From an uncultured Spirochaetota bacterium (lineage in GTDB: Bacteria; Spirochaetota; UBA4802; UBA5550): DNA of 64,000 bases. Below, piece by piece: positions 30,958 to 40,612 of this stretch. Both the position numbers and the translations under genes were made by a program. The DNA lies in assembly GCA_963827275.1 (NCBI GenBank), contig CAWHAA010000002.1, positions 64,001 to 128,000 on the forward strand, read 5' to 3'. Position 1 is the stretch's first letter. Each line of letters starts with the position of its first letter. Below the pieces are notes generated by a model that was not told where the DNA came from, did no database searches, and saw only the letters and a list, made by a program, of their open reading frames with translations.

Positions 30958-31734
30958 ATGCCGCGCGCATACCCGAGAATCATCCAGGTCCCCGTCAATG
31001 TTGTCGTGACCCTGGTCTGCTGGCTCTATTTTATATTCGGCTATATCCTATGCTATATCCCCGCGCTGCTGGTCCTGATGCCCTTTGCAAGGGACAGGGA
31101 ATCCCTGTTCCAGAAGGTGCAGTATATATGCTTCAGGGGCTTTTTCAGTCTCCTTGCCGGCATTACCCCCGGCCTGACGATCAGGATCAGCGAGGAGGTC
31201 CGCCGTATCAGATCGGCGGTCGTGGTGGCAAATCACCGTTCCTATCTGGATCCGATCCTCCTCATCTCCCTGTTCCCGAAGCAGAAGACGATAGTGAAAG
31301 GGATCTTCTTTAAGGTCCCCGTCATGCGGTGGGTCATGAAATTCGGCGGTTACATCCCCTTTGTGCGGCAGGGGACGGGGAGCGACCTGATGGCCGAGGG
31401 CATCCATGGCATGCCTGATTTTTTACGGAAGGGCGGGGTGCTCTTTGTATTCCCCGAGGGAAGGAGGAGCCGCACCGGCGAGTTGGGCGCTTTTCAGAAA
31501 GGTGCGTTTTCAATAGCCGCGACCTGCAACGCCCCTGTGGAGGTCCTGTATATCAATAATACCGACCGCCTCTTTGTTCCCGGGAAGTTTTTTTTCAATA
31601 CCTGCATTGACACGGCCATAACCGTGGAGCGGCTGGGAACTATCGGCCCGGTTGCCGGTGCCGGCCCCAGGGAACAGAGGGATCAGGCCCGACGGATGTA
31701 CACGCAACGCATGCAGAACGGCCGGCAGGAATGA
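30958..31734 (+). CDS. Lysophospholipid acyltransferase (PlsC/ApeD-like)
   Basis: ANHRSYLD (HX4D), FPEGRRS, FQKGAF; N-terminal TM segment. Confidence 0.88.
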   Translation: MPRAYPRIIQVPVNVVVTLVCWLYFIFGYILCYIPALLVLMPFARDRESLFQKVQYICFRGFFSLLAGITPGLTIRISEEVRRIRSAVVVANHRSYLDPILLISLFPKQKTIVKGIFFKVPVMRWVMKFGGYIPFVRQGTGSDLMAEGIHGMPDFLRKGGVLFVFPEGRRSRTGELGAFQKGAFSIAATCNAPVEVLYINNTDRLFVPGKFFFNTCIDTAITVERLGTIGPVAGAGPREQRDQARRMYTQRMQNGRQE

Positions 31735-31837
31735 GGTGCCAGCAGATTTTTTTCCTCAAAATGTAATTAATATTTTTCCACAGCCCGATAATGTTACTAT
31801 AGAACCTTTCATGTCCATGTAAAGCGATGATAGCCGT

Positions 31838-33289
31838 ATGATAGTGCGACAAATAATAATATGTCTCGTTGCGTGCCTGCTCCTGTCCCCGCCGGCACTC
31901 TATGCGGGACAGTATGTCAGGATCGAGGGTGCGGATCTCTCTTCATCATACCCGGAGGGCCGCATCGTTCTTGCCATAAAGGGACTCCCGGCGTCCCTTG
32001 TGACCGATCCGGCTGAGGAAGCACTCTCTGTTGCCGAGGATGGTGTGAAAATCACCCGCGGCATTACGGTGAGAAAACAGAGTGACGCACGCAATTATCT
32101 CTACATGGTTTTTTCAATAGATACGAGCAAGAGCATCAGCAAGAAATTCCTGAGCAGCATCAAATCGGCAGCGCGGGAGATAGTATCAAGCACCGGTCCC
32201 AATGATGAGATCGCCGTGTACCGTTTCGACGACCGCGTCACCAGGCTGAATGACTTCACGAGAAACACTGACCGTATCATCAAAAATATCGACAGCGTGC
32301 AGCGGCATGGCTCAAAGACCCTCCTTTATAATTCGATATATGACTCCATTGAACTGCTGAACAGGGTGGCGCAGGACAACAAAAAGATCATCGTCTTCAC
32401 CGATGGCAAGGACGAGGGGAGCAGCGTGCGCGATGATGATATCATACACCTGGCGCGCGCAGGCGGCATCCCGGTCTATTTCATCTGCTGCAGGGATTCA
32501 AGCAGGTTGAAGACCATGGCGCGAATAGCGAAGATGACGGGCGGCAAGGTCATCTACAGCGAACGCCACAGCGACATTGCCGGTATGTACCGGACCCTGC
32601 TTTCAATCATAAAGAGCAGGTTTGTCGTTCATTATCCATCATCGCTCAAACAGGACGGGAAGGAGCACGCGGTCGAGGTTCAGCTGCGGCACGGCGACAT
32701 CATAGACCGGGACTCGGTCGTTGTCACGGCGGCACTGCCCGATTTATGGAGCCGTCTCAAGCTGGACAGCTCAGTCCTCTTCTGGATATGCCTGCTGCTT
32801 CTGGTGCTGATTGCTGCCATAATTATCTATTTTATAAACAGGGAAAAAAATATTGTCATAAAGAATTGTGAAGCTGAAAAGAAGCTCCTTGTCGAGAACA
32901 TGCTCCGCGCGGGGGAGCCGCCGGCTCGGCAGGAAGACGGGCCACAGGGCGGACATTTGCCGCTTGAGGATGTATCACGCTATGCGCGTGCATGGGTCTA
33001 CCGGAAAGGCTCGGCGGGGACCGAACATAAGCAGGAATTGAAGGTCCCCGTAACGGTCATCGGCAGCGACCGGGAAAGTGACATCGTGATTGACGATTAT
33101 GCCGTTTCTCCCCGGCATGCAAAGATAGCATTCATAAACGGGAGCTATTACCTGTTTGACCTTATCTCCGAGCGGGGCACGGTTCTAAACGGAAAAAAAC
33201 TTCTCCGGCCAAAGGCCCTGTATGATTGGGATGAAATAATGGTGGGAAATTCGGTCCTTATCTTCAGGGGATCGATCAAAACCGCCTGA
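31838..33289 (+). CDS. Signal peptide + vWA domain + TM helix + FHA domain protein
   Basis: Signal peptide; MIDAS DTSKS...T...FTDG; TM VLFWICLLLLVLIAAIIIYFI; FHA-like VSPRHAKI...GTVLNG. Confidence 0.82.
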   Translation: MIVRQIIICLVACLLLSPPALYAGQYVRIEGADLSSSYPEGRIVLAIKGLPASLVTDPAEEALSVAEDGVKITRGITVRKQSDARNYLYMVFSIDTSKSISKKFLSSIKSAAREIVSSTGPNDEIAVYRFDDRVTRLNDFTRNTDRIIKNIDSVQRHGSKTLLYNSIYDSIELLNRVAQDNKKIIVFTDGKDEGSSVRDDDIIHLARAGGIPVYFICCRDSSRLKTMARIAKMTGGKVIYSERHSDIAGMYRTLLSIIKSRFVVHYPSSLKQDGKEHAVEVQLRHGDIIDRDSVVVTAALPDLWSRLKLDSSVLFWICLLLLVLIAAIIIYFINREKNIVIKNCEAEKKLLVENMLRAGEPPARQEDGPQGGHLPLEDVSRYARAWVYRKGSAGTEHKQELKVPVTVIGSDRESDIVIDDYAVSPRHAKIAFINGSYYLFDLISERGTVLNGKKLLRPKALYDWDEIMVGNSVLIFRGSIKTA

Positions 33290-33407
33290 TTAATTGCTCT
33301 GTCTCATATAAAATTCTTGACTTACACCCTGTACTCCCGCCTCTATTTAGTGAAGAGTTTCACGTTGCGGCGCGTTCCGCCAATCATGCACGTAGTACCT
33401 GGTATAC

Positions 33408-35018
33408 ATGAAAGACACCTCCTTTACAAAAGAAGATTATGATAAAATTCTGATCGTGGATGACGAGCCGTACATCCGCAAGGTGCTGTCAAAATACCTC
33501 AGCGGCAAGAACTACAGGATTGAAACTGCCGACAACGGCGAGATAGCCATTGAAAAATTGTATTCGGCGGCCTTCGATCTTGTCCTGACCGATCTGCGCA
33601 TGCCCAAGATGGGCGGCCGCGAATTGCTCCAGATAATGTCTGAAAATTTTCCCGAGATACCCAAGATTGTGCTTACCGGGTACGGTACGAGCGAGGACAT
33701 CATCCTGGCGCTTCAGACCGGTGCGTATGATTTTCTCACGAAACCGATCACTGATTTCGAGATACTCGACCATTCGATAAACAGGGCCATCGAGCGCAAG
33801 AGGCTCCAGGATGAACGGGCGCGGTACCTTGAGCAGGTGAACCAGATCAACGAGATCATCTCGATGCTGAACCGCGGCAAGAGCACGGAGGACATTTTCC
33901 ATTCCCTGAATGCCACCCTGAAAAAGATCATCCCCTTCAATACCCTGGCGCTCCTGATGATCAGCAGGCACACCGATTCGGTATCGACAAAACTCGTGGT
34001 TTCTGAAGGGCCGACGAGCTTAACCACTGATACCGTATTCCCGATGACCGATCCTCTGTTGAAAGATGTTTCCATGACGAAGGCGCTGTTGTCAATCGAT
34101 GATGTCCATGATTTCCCGGGGGCATATCCGGAATCTGAATTTCTGAAATTCATCACCGACGACGGGTTCAAGTCCCTCCTCATTTTGCCGCTTATTATGA
34201 AGGACGCCACGCGCGGGTACCTGCTCTTCGCGTCGAGCCTGGTGGGCGCTTTTTTCAAGAGCCACATTTCATTTCTTGAAACGATCGGCGGCCAGATATC
34301 CTTCAGCATAGAGCGCGGTGAGCTGATCGACGAGATTGAGCAGCACACGAAGAACCTCGAGCGGACGGTCGAGGTCAGGACCAAGGAGATATTGAAGACG
34401 CAGAAGACGACGATTTTTGCTCTGAGCAAGATAGCCGAGACAAGGGACCGGACGACAGGGGACCATCTTGACCGGATCAGGAACTACTGTGTCCTGCTGG
34501 CGCAGATTTTAAAATACACGGGTTCGGAGGAAATCACCAACCAGTTTATCCGGGACCTGTTTGATTCGTCAATCCTTCATGATATCGGGAAGGTCGGGAT
34601 CCCGGACACCATTCTTTTAAAGACCGGCTCTTTGACTCCGGATGAACTCAAAACAATGCTGCAGCATACAACGATCGGCTATGATTCCCTGAAGTCGGCA
34701 TCGCGGGACCTGGGGGAGGATTCCTTTCTGAAGATGGCGCTCGATATAACGCTGTATCACCACGAGCGATGGGACGGCAGCGGTTACCCGTTCGGCCTTA
34801 AAGGAGAGGAGATCCCGCTGTCGGCGCGCATTGTGGCGATTGCCGATGTCTATGACGCGCTGACGACGACCCGGCCGTATAAGCGCGCGTTTTCCCACGG
34901 CGAATCGGTTGATATATTGAAAAAGGAAGCAATCAAGTATGATCCCCGCCTGTTTAAAATATTCATTGATAATGCCGATGAGTTCAACGAGATTCGGATG
35001 AGATTTAAACCTCAATGA
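33408..35018 (+). CDS. Response regulator with GAF and HD-GYP phosphodiesterase domains
   Basis: ILIVDDE...LTDLRMP; central GAF-like region; LHDIGKVG, HHERWDGSGYP, IADVYDAL. Confidence 0.92.
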   Translation: MKDTSFTKEDYDKILIVDDEPYIRKVLSKYLSGKNYRIETADNGEIAIEKLYSAAFDLVLTDLRMPKMGGRELLQIMSENFPEIPKIVLTGYGTSEDIILALQTGAYDFLTKPITDFEILDHSINRAIERKRLQDERARYLEQVNQINEIISMLNRGKSTEDIFHSLNATLKKIIPFNTLALLMISRHTDSVSTKLVVSEGPTSLTTDTVFPMTDPLLKDVSMTKALLSIDDVHDFPGAYPESEFLKFITDDGFKSLLILPLIMKDATRGYLLFASSLVGAFFKSHISFLETIGGQISFSIERGELIDEIEQHTKNLERTVEVRTKEILKTQKTTIFALSKIAETRDRTTGDHLDRIRNYCVLLAQILKYTGSEEITNQFIRDLFDSSILHDIGKVGIPDTILLKTGSLTPDELKTMLQHTTIGYDSLKSASRDLGEDSFLKMALDITLYHHERWDGSGYPFGLKGEEIPLSARIVAIADVYDALTTTRPYKRAFSHGESVDILKKEAIKYDPRLFKIFIDNADEFNEIRMRFKPQ

Positions 35019-35037
35019 CAGTACCGCGAGTAACAAT

Positions 35038-35919
35038 ATGTACGGACAGAATATGAACATCAGGATAGGCGGCCCCATGACCCCGGTGGTCAGGAATTTA
35101 TTGATCATAAACAGCGCCATCTTTATTGTCCAGCTGATTGTCGGCCATTTTTACCCCAGCCTTATGGAAGGCCTTTTCGGCCTCCATCATGCCGGCTTTT
35201 TCCAGGAGCTTAAACTATGGCAGGTGGTCACCTACATGTTCCTGCATGGCGGGTGGTTCCACGTGCTGTTCAACCTGCTCTCACTCTGGATGTTTGCCGG
35301 GGAGCTTGAGCAGTTATGGGGCAGCAGGATGTTTCTCAGGTACTACCTGCTGACCGGGATCGGCGCAGGTATTTTTATCGCGGTGATGAATTTTTTTATC
35401 TATCAACGTTACAACGCCGACCCGGTCACCATCGGCGCGTCAGGCGCGATCTACGGGATACTCCTTGCCTACGGGATGACCTGGCCTGACAGAAAAGTGC
35501 TGCTTTACTTCATCGTCCCGGTGAAGATCAAGTATCTCGTCCTGGCGTTCGGCTGCATTGAATTTTTCGGCACAATCTCTTCGGCAGCGGGAGCGGGGGG
35601 AAATATCAGCCATATCGGGCACCTGGGCGGTCTTATTACCGGGCTTGTTTATCTGCTGGCCCGCGAAAAGCGGCCGCAGGGTGTTGAGCGGGAAGGTGCG
35701 GAGAAAAAAGACAATTTCATTTCCCGTGCCCTGAAAAAGGCCCGGCTGAAAAAAAAGAAAAAAGAGATAGAAACGCGCATCGAGGCAAAAAAAATTATCG
35801 ATGAGCTGCTTGATAAGATTGCGCGGCAGGGAATGAGTTCCCTGACCCCGCAGGAGAAGAACAGGCTGGAATGGGCCAGACGGCATTATTATCCTGACCG
35901 GGATGACACATTGCATTGA
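35038..35919 (+). CDS. Rhomboid family intramembrane serine protease with C-terminal DUF6576-like tail
   Basis: WQVVTYMFLHGGWFHVLFN, GASG, SHIGHLGG; tail IDELLDKIARQGMSSLT. Confidence 0.92.
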   Translation: MYGQNMNIRIGGPMTPVVRNLLIINSAIFIVQLIVGHFYPSLMEGLFGLHHAGFFQELKLWQVVTYMFLHGGWFHVLFNLLSLWMFAGELEQLWGSRMFLRYYLLTGIGAGIFIAVMNFFIYQRYNADPVTIGASGAIYGILLAYGMTWPDRKVLLYFIVPVKIKYLVLAFGCIEFFGTISSAAGAGGNISHIGHLGGLITGLVYLLAREKRPQGVEREGAEKKDNFISRALKKARLKKKKKEIETRIEAKKIIDELLDKIARQGMSSLTPQEKNRLEWARRHYYPDRDDTLH

Positions 35920-35949
35920 TCGCGGCCTTGCGGCGCGGCGGTTATCCCC

Positions 35950-37038
35950 TTACTGCTCCATCACTATAAATTCCACCCTCCGGTTGAGCGCGCGTCCTTC
36001 AGGTGTGCTGTTGTCTGCCACCGGTTTGCTGGACCCGTACCCGGCAGTTCCCATCTGTTCGGGCTCGATCCCCTTCTTGATCAGGTACTCACGAATGGAA
36101 TTTGCCCTCTGCCGCGAGAGGGTCTGGTTGAACGCGGCGGTTCCCTGGATGTCGGTATGCCCCTCGATCCTGATGCGCACCTTTTTCTTTTCGAGGGTCT
36201 TGACGATCTTGTCAAGCTCGGCGTAGGAATCGGGGAGTATGGTCGCGCTTCCCACCTCAAAGTTGATCTTATCCGAGATGAGCAGAACTTCTTCTGTATG
36301 GATAGAATTCAGCTTAGAGCGTATTTTCATGATCTCATCGTCAGTCATCTTTTCCGGATCTGACGGGGGGTCGTTTTCCCTGATGACGGTTTTATTCTGG
36401 TTCGAAAGGAGGATCTTCTGATCTTCAAATTTCGCATTGTACAGTTCGGTTATGCCTGACAGGGAATACACGGTTGTGGCGTAGGCCGGCTCTTGTTCGG
36501 CGGTGATTTTCTCCTTGTCCTCATCTTTCCCCGAATTTATTTTTTCCTTCGCGTCCGGTTCATCTTCCTCTTTCTCTTCGTCTATTTCAAATCCGAGCTC
36601 AGTACCGCGGACGGCGGCAATGGCTGTCGGTGTTTTTATCGTTATCATATAGTCCTTGAAGAGCTTTTCAAATTTTCCATATACGGCGCCGCGGTCGATC
36701 GCGAGGAGCATTTTTTTTACGGTCATGTCATCAAGCCGGACCCGGGTGTTCTCCGTAATGCGGATGGCCATTGAGCCGTGAAAGCGGATATCGACCTGTG
36801 AATTTTTTTCAGTTTTTATTTCAACCCCATTGTTAAGATCCGTTCCGACGATCAGTATCTCCCATTTATCGGAAGGGGCCGCTTTGAATGAAACATTGCC
36901 CATGACAAAGGTCGCCTTGGGATTTTGCTGCACCAGTACCGGAAGCTGCACCATCATCCTCTCTGTAAACAATAAAAAGGAGATGCAGAGTGCCAGCGGA
37001 ATGACAATAAGCAGGGCGATGATGATTACCTTTTTCAT
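35950..37038 (-). CDS. FecR-like domain + OmpA C-terminal (peptidoglycan-binding) protein
   Basis: N-terminal TM; KTPTAIAAVRGTE (FecR-like); IEGHTD...LSRQRA...NRRVEF (OmpA). Confidence 0.85.
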   Translation of the reverse strand: MKKVIIIALLIVIPLALCISFLLFTERMMVQLPVLVQQNPKATFVMGNVSFKAAPSDKWEILIVGTDLNNGVEIKTEKNSQVDIRFHGSMAIRITENTRVRLDDMTVKKMLLAIDRGAVYGKFEKLFKDYMITIKTPTAIAAVRGTELGFEIDEEKEEDEPDAKEKINSGKDEDKEKITAEQEPAYATTVYSLSGITELYNAKFEDQKILLSNQNKTVIRENDPPSDPEKMTDDEIMKIRSKLNSIHTEEVLLISDKINFEVGSATILPDSYAELDKIVKTLEKKKVRIRIEGHTDIQGTAAFNQTLSRQRANSIREYLIKKGIEPEQMGTAGYGSSKPVADNSTPEGRALNRRVEFIVMEQ

Positions 37039-37114
37039 GGGCTACTCCCCGAATATTTTTTGTGTATACTTGCATCCGGCGCTGAAAAGTCAAGCCAAAA
37101 GGATTGAGGCGGGA

Positions 37115-40100
37115 TTATCTGAGGCCATGCAGGACGGGGGCGCTCATCGCCTCATCTTCGTCTGCGGGACGGGTGAAGTATATGCCGCTTCCCGGGGTCC
37201 CGGCATTCATTCCTCTGAGGTACAGGTAGAATACGCCGCCGAAGTTGCGTTCATAAGAATAATCGGGAAGGGCGCGCTTCAGCCAGAGAATCACTGCTGC
37301 CGTGTATATTGATATCTGGAGATCATAACGCATTTCCAGGATGTTTTGCTCGAGCAGGTCACGTGAATATCCCCGTTCGATGTAATTGGATTTCCAATCT
37401 ACGATATATATTTTTTCCTGGAACATAAAGATCATATCGATAAATCCGTGGATAAAGCTGTTCGAGAATGAGGTCTCCGGTACCGCGGGTGCCGTGGGCA
37501 GCAATAGAGGATAATGAAATTCAACTTCATGAAGCCTTTGTTCCAGCTGCCCGAGCGCCAGACCGGTGCCGTTTAACGGAGCATGAAGCGTATGCCACAC
37601 TATGCGGGCCGATGCCTCCCGAACTGATGCGAGCTCTTCACCACCGGAAAGTTTCAGATGATCCAGCGCCGCCCTGTCGATGAGTGAAGAGATTGCGGGA
37701 TACGCGTGAAGCAACTGGTCCGGTGCAGCTGCGGCGCCGACCTGCCGGAAGTCAACCCGCTCCAGCACCTGGTGGAGCAGCAGGCCGGTCTCCCTGCTTC
37801 TGGGCAGCTCCCCGGTGGGTTCCTGCCGTATCCCGGGCGCCACGAGCGCTGCGCTCGCGGCGTCATCCAGCCCGGAATGAAATACCGGTTCCCCGAATTG
37901 GGCGTACGGCTTTACCGGAGCGTTCCGGTGATGCAACTTTTCCTTAAGGCCTGAAAATGAATCGATGTGAAGGGTTCGGTTGAGGAATTGTAGCGACGCA
38001 TCGGGCAGCCGGTGATCTGGCAGGACGATTGGTGCGGCCACGGTATCCTGTACCGGCTCATGGGAAAAACGGTGGGCGGTCGATTCACAGTCGGTACGGA
38101 CGACGCCATGCGAATTGTTCAGAACCTTCAGCGTCTCCGGGATCCTGGTCCCGAGTATTCCGCTTGAGGCGAGCGCGCGGGGCCGCGGCTCAAAGAACGG
38201 AAGGTACAACCGGTCGCGCGCCCTGGTCAGAGCGACATAGAAGAGCCGCTCGTTTTCTCCCGCTGCTTCATTCAGGAACGGCTCTTGATGCCGGGGATCC
38301 ATGACAAGATCAAAGGTTTTCCTCCCGTCCCGGTGATAGGTCCAGTAGCCGGGAGATGCTCCCCTGGTAAATCCGCCCGCTATGAAGACCGTTTTAAACT
38401 CGAGACCCTTGCTCGCGTGAACGGTCAATATCTGGACCCCGGGACGGTCGATATCGATGTTCTGGATGTTATAGCTCTCGTGGGAGGAGGCGTTGCCGGT
38501 GCGAAGGCCGTTCAGGTGGTCCCGCATCTCCTGGGCGGAAAAATTATTGCGGTATGTCTCTATCTCAAGGTTCTGCAATATTGAACGGTAATTTATTATT
38601 GCCCGGTCGTAGTCCTCCGGCGCAAGGCGGTACTGTATCCCCGTGTCATCCAGGAGGGACTGGAACAGGCGCGGCCACCGTTTCATCGATGCCCATTCAA
38701 TCCAGCGTGAGAAGAGGACGGAGACAGGGTGATCAGCGCCGATCTCGTCGTAATGGTTGAGCAGGGCAAGCGGAATGCTAAAGAACCTCGTCACCAGGGC
38801 ACGTTTTCTTGCCGTGACATCATGCGGCTGAGCAATGGCGGCGAGGAGGTAGCTCAATTCAAGGGATTCACGCGTCTGGTAGAGGCCTTCTTTTTTATAA
38901 AACGAGTATTTTATGTCCGCTTCTTTCAAGGCTGTTTCAACCGCCTCGGCTTCCTTCCACTTCGTGACCAGGACCGCGACGTCCTTGAGGGCCATAGACG
39001 GATCACCGGAGCAGATCGCGGTCAATTCGCGTGCGATGAAATCGGCAAATTTGAATTTTGCCTCGCTTCCGCTGGAGATGCCGCACCAGACAAGCACCAG
39101 TGAGGAATTGCCGGCGTGCAGGCCCGGGTCCTTTTGTGCGGGGAAGCGGGAGGGCTGGTAGGTGATCGCGCTGTCGGAAAACCAGTTCCCTGCGGCAAAG
39201 ATACAATTAAAGCTGCGGATCAGGGACGGGGATGACCGCCAGTTCTCATCCAGGCAGTAGTAGCGCGCCCCATGGTGCGCTATCATTTCGTCCCGCGCGG
39301 TGTAATAGGCGTATATGTCTGCGCCCCGGAACCCGTAAATCGCCTGTTTCGGATCGCCGATGATAAACAGGCGGTTCGTCCCGGATTCGAGAAATATCAT
39401 GCTGAATATCTTCCATTGCAGCATGTCGGTGTCCTGGAATTCATCGACCAGGGCATACCGGTACCGGCCCTGGAGCACGCGCTTCAGTGCGCCGGAATCC
39501 GCGGCGAGGGCCGCGTGCACGCGGACCACCATGTCATCATAGCTGATCAGGCCCTGCGATTCCTTGTAGCGGTCCGCGCCCGCTTTCAGCTCCCGCACCG
39601 CATCAGCGGCGAGCAGGTTCTGCAGTACCGGGAGCTCAGCTGACCTGAGCCCCTCAAGGAGCGTGATGATGTCGGGCAGGCGGGGGAGCTTTTCTTCATA
39701 ATCGGCCCCCGGCTTGTTCCATCCCCCGACCAGTTCAGAGAACTCTATCGAGGCGACGTCCTTGTCAGACAAAAATTCCGAGACCCGTTGAAGGGTTGCC
39801 GGGCGTTCCTGGTGGTCGGCAAGGAGAGCGAGGAGCGAGGAGAGAATGCGCAGCCGTTTCGGGATGCTCTGCTTCCTGATATTGAGCGATGCGTAGCGCG
39901 CGCACAATTCGCTGCCGGCAGGGTCCGGCGCCGCTATCGGGCCGACCAGCGCCAGGAGCGTGTCGAGGCGCGAGTGGAGCGCCGTAACAGTTCCGGTCAT
40001 GTGCCGCATGATGTCCATTCCCCCCGGGGGATCGAGGATATCGCTGCCGGCAGGCTGGTATCGCATCGCGATATCGATGACCTGTTCCATCCAGGAACTT

Positions 40101-40612
40101 GTGCCGTTGACGGTCGCGCCGGGGAACCGGGAGATCTCGAGGATCTCCCTGAGCCGGTGGCCGTACCGGGCGGGCCACTCCTCGCGCATCATGGCGGAAA
40201 GGACTTTCCGGTATATGACACGGTCATCGGTCAATTCATACTGGAATTGCCCGCCGTTTTCAAACGCGTATTCCTGTAAAATTTTGTTGCAGAATCCGTG
40301 GATGGTGAATATCGACGCTGAATCAAAGGTATCGAGGGCGGTCTGGAGAATTTCCGACCGCTCCTCTTCGATTGATTTCTCAATGTTTTTTCTGATGCGA
40401 TCCTTCAATTCGCCGGCCGCCTTTTCGGTAAAGGTCACGGCAAGGATGGTATCGAGGCCGTCGACTTTTTTGCTTTTCAGGAGCTGTACGACGAGATGCT
40501 CGATGGTGTAGGTCTTACCCGTGCCCGCGGACGCCTCGATCACGGAATGGCAGTCAAGGTCAATCTGCCCCGGGTCATGTACCGGGACCGGCATGGCAGC
40601 AGCGTTTGTCAT
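37115..40612 (-). CDS. recB: Exodeoxyribonuclease V beta subunit
   Basis: IEASAGTGKTYTI, LVDEFQDTD, IGDPKQAIYGFRGAD, TVHASKGLE, YVALTRA, nuclease motif GFIDMIF...IVDWKSN. Confidence 0.93.
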   Translation of the reverse strand: MTNAAAMPVPVHDPGQIDLDCHSVIEASAGTGKTYTIEHLVVQLLKSKKVDGLDTILAVTFTEKAAGELKDRIRKNIEKSIEEERSEILQTALDTFDSASIFTIHGFCNKILQEYAFENGGQFQYELTDDRVIYRKVLSAMMREEWPARYGHRLREILEISRFPGATVNGTSSWMEQVIDIAMRYQPAGSDILDPPGGMDIMRHMTGTVTALHSRLDTLLALVGPIAAPDPAGSELCARYASLNIRKQSIPKRLRILSSLLALLADHQERPATLQRVSEFLSDKDVASIEFSELVGGWNKPGADYEEKLPRLPDIITLLEGLRSAELPVLQNLLAADAVRELKAGADRYKESQGLISYDDMVVRVHAALAADSGALKRVLQGRYRYALVDEFQDTDMLQWKIFSMIFLESGTNRLFIIGDPKQAIYGFRGADIYAYYTARDEMIAHHGARYYCLDENWRSSPSLIRSFNCIFAAGNWFSDSAITYQPSRFPAQKDPGLHAGNSSLVLVWCGISSGSEAKFKFADFIARELTAICSGDPSMALKDVAVLVTKWKEAEAVETALKEADIKYSFYKKEGLYQTRESLELSYLLAAIAQPHDVTARKRALVTRFFSIPLALLNHYDEIGADHPVSVLFSRWIEWASMKRWPRLFQSLLDDTGIQYRLAPEDYDRAIINYRSILQNLEIETYRNNFSAQEMRDHLNGLRTGNASSHESYNIQNIDIDRPGVQILTVHASKGLEFKTVFIAGGFTRGASPGYWTYHRDGRKTFDLVMDPRHQEPFLNEAAGENERLFYVALTRARDRLYLPFFEPRPRALASSGILGTRIPETLKVLNNSHGVVRTDCESTAHRFSHEPVQDTVAAPIVLPDHRLPDASLQFLNRTLHIDSFSGLKEKLHHRNAPVKPYAQFGEPVFHSGLDDAASAALVAPGIRQEPTGELPRSRETGLLLHQVLERVDFRQVGAAAAPDQLLHAYPAISSLIDRAALDHLKLSGGEELASVREASARIVWHTLHAPLNGTGLALGQLEQRLHEVEFHYPLLLPTAPAVPETSFSNSFIHGFIDMIFMFQEKIYIVDWKSNYIERGYSRDLLEQNILEMRYDLQISIYTAAVILWLKRALPDYSYERNFGGVFYLYLRGMNAGTPGSGIYFTRPADEDEAMSAPVLHGLR

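Noticed and set aside
35255..35270. Partial parS-like sequence GGTTCCACGTGCTGTT in the rhomboid gene
   Set aside because: Only one arm matches, and it is explained by the conserved WFHVL rhomboid motif.
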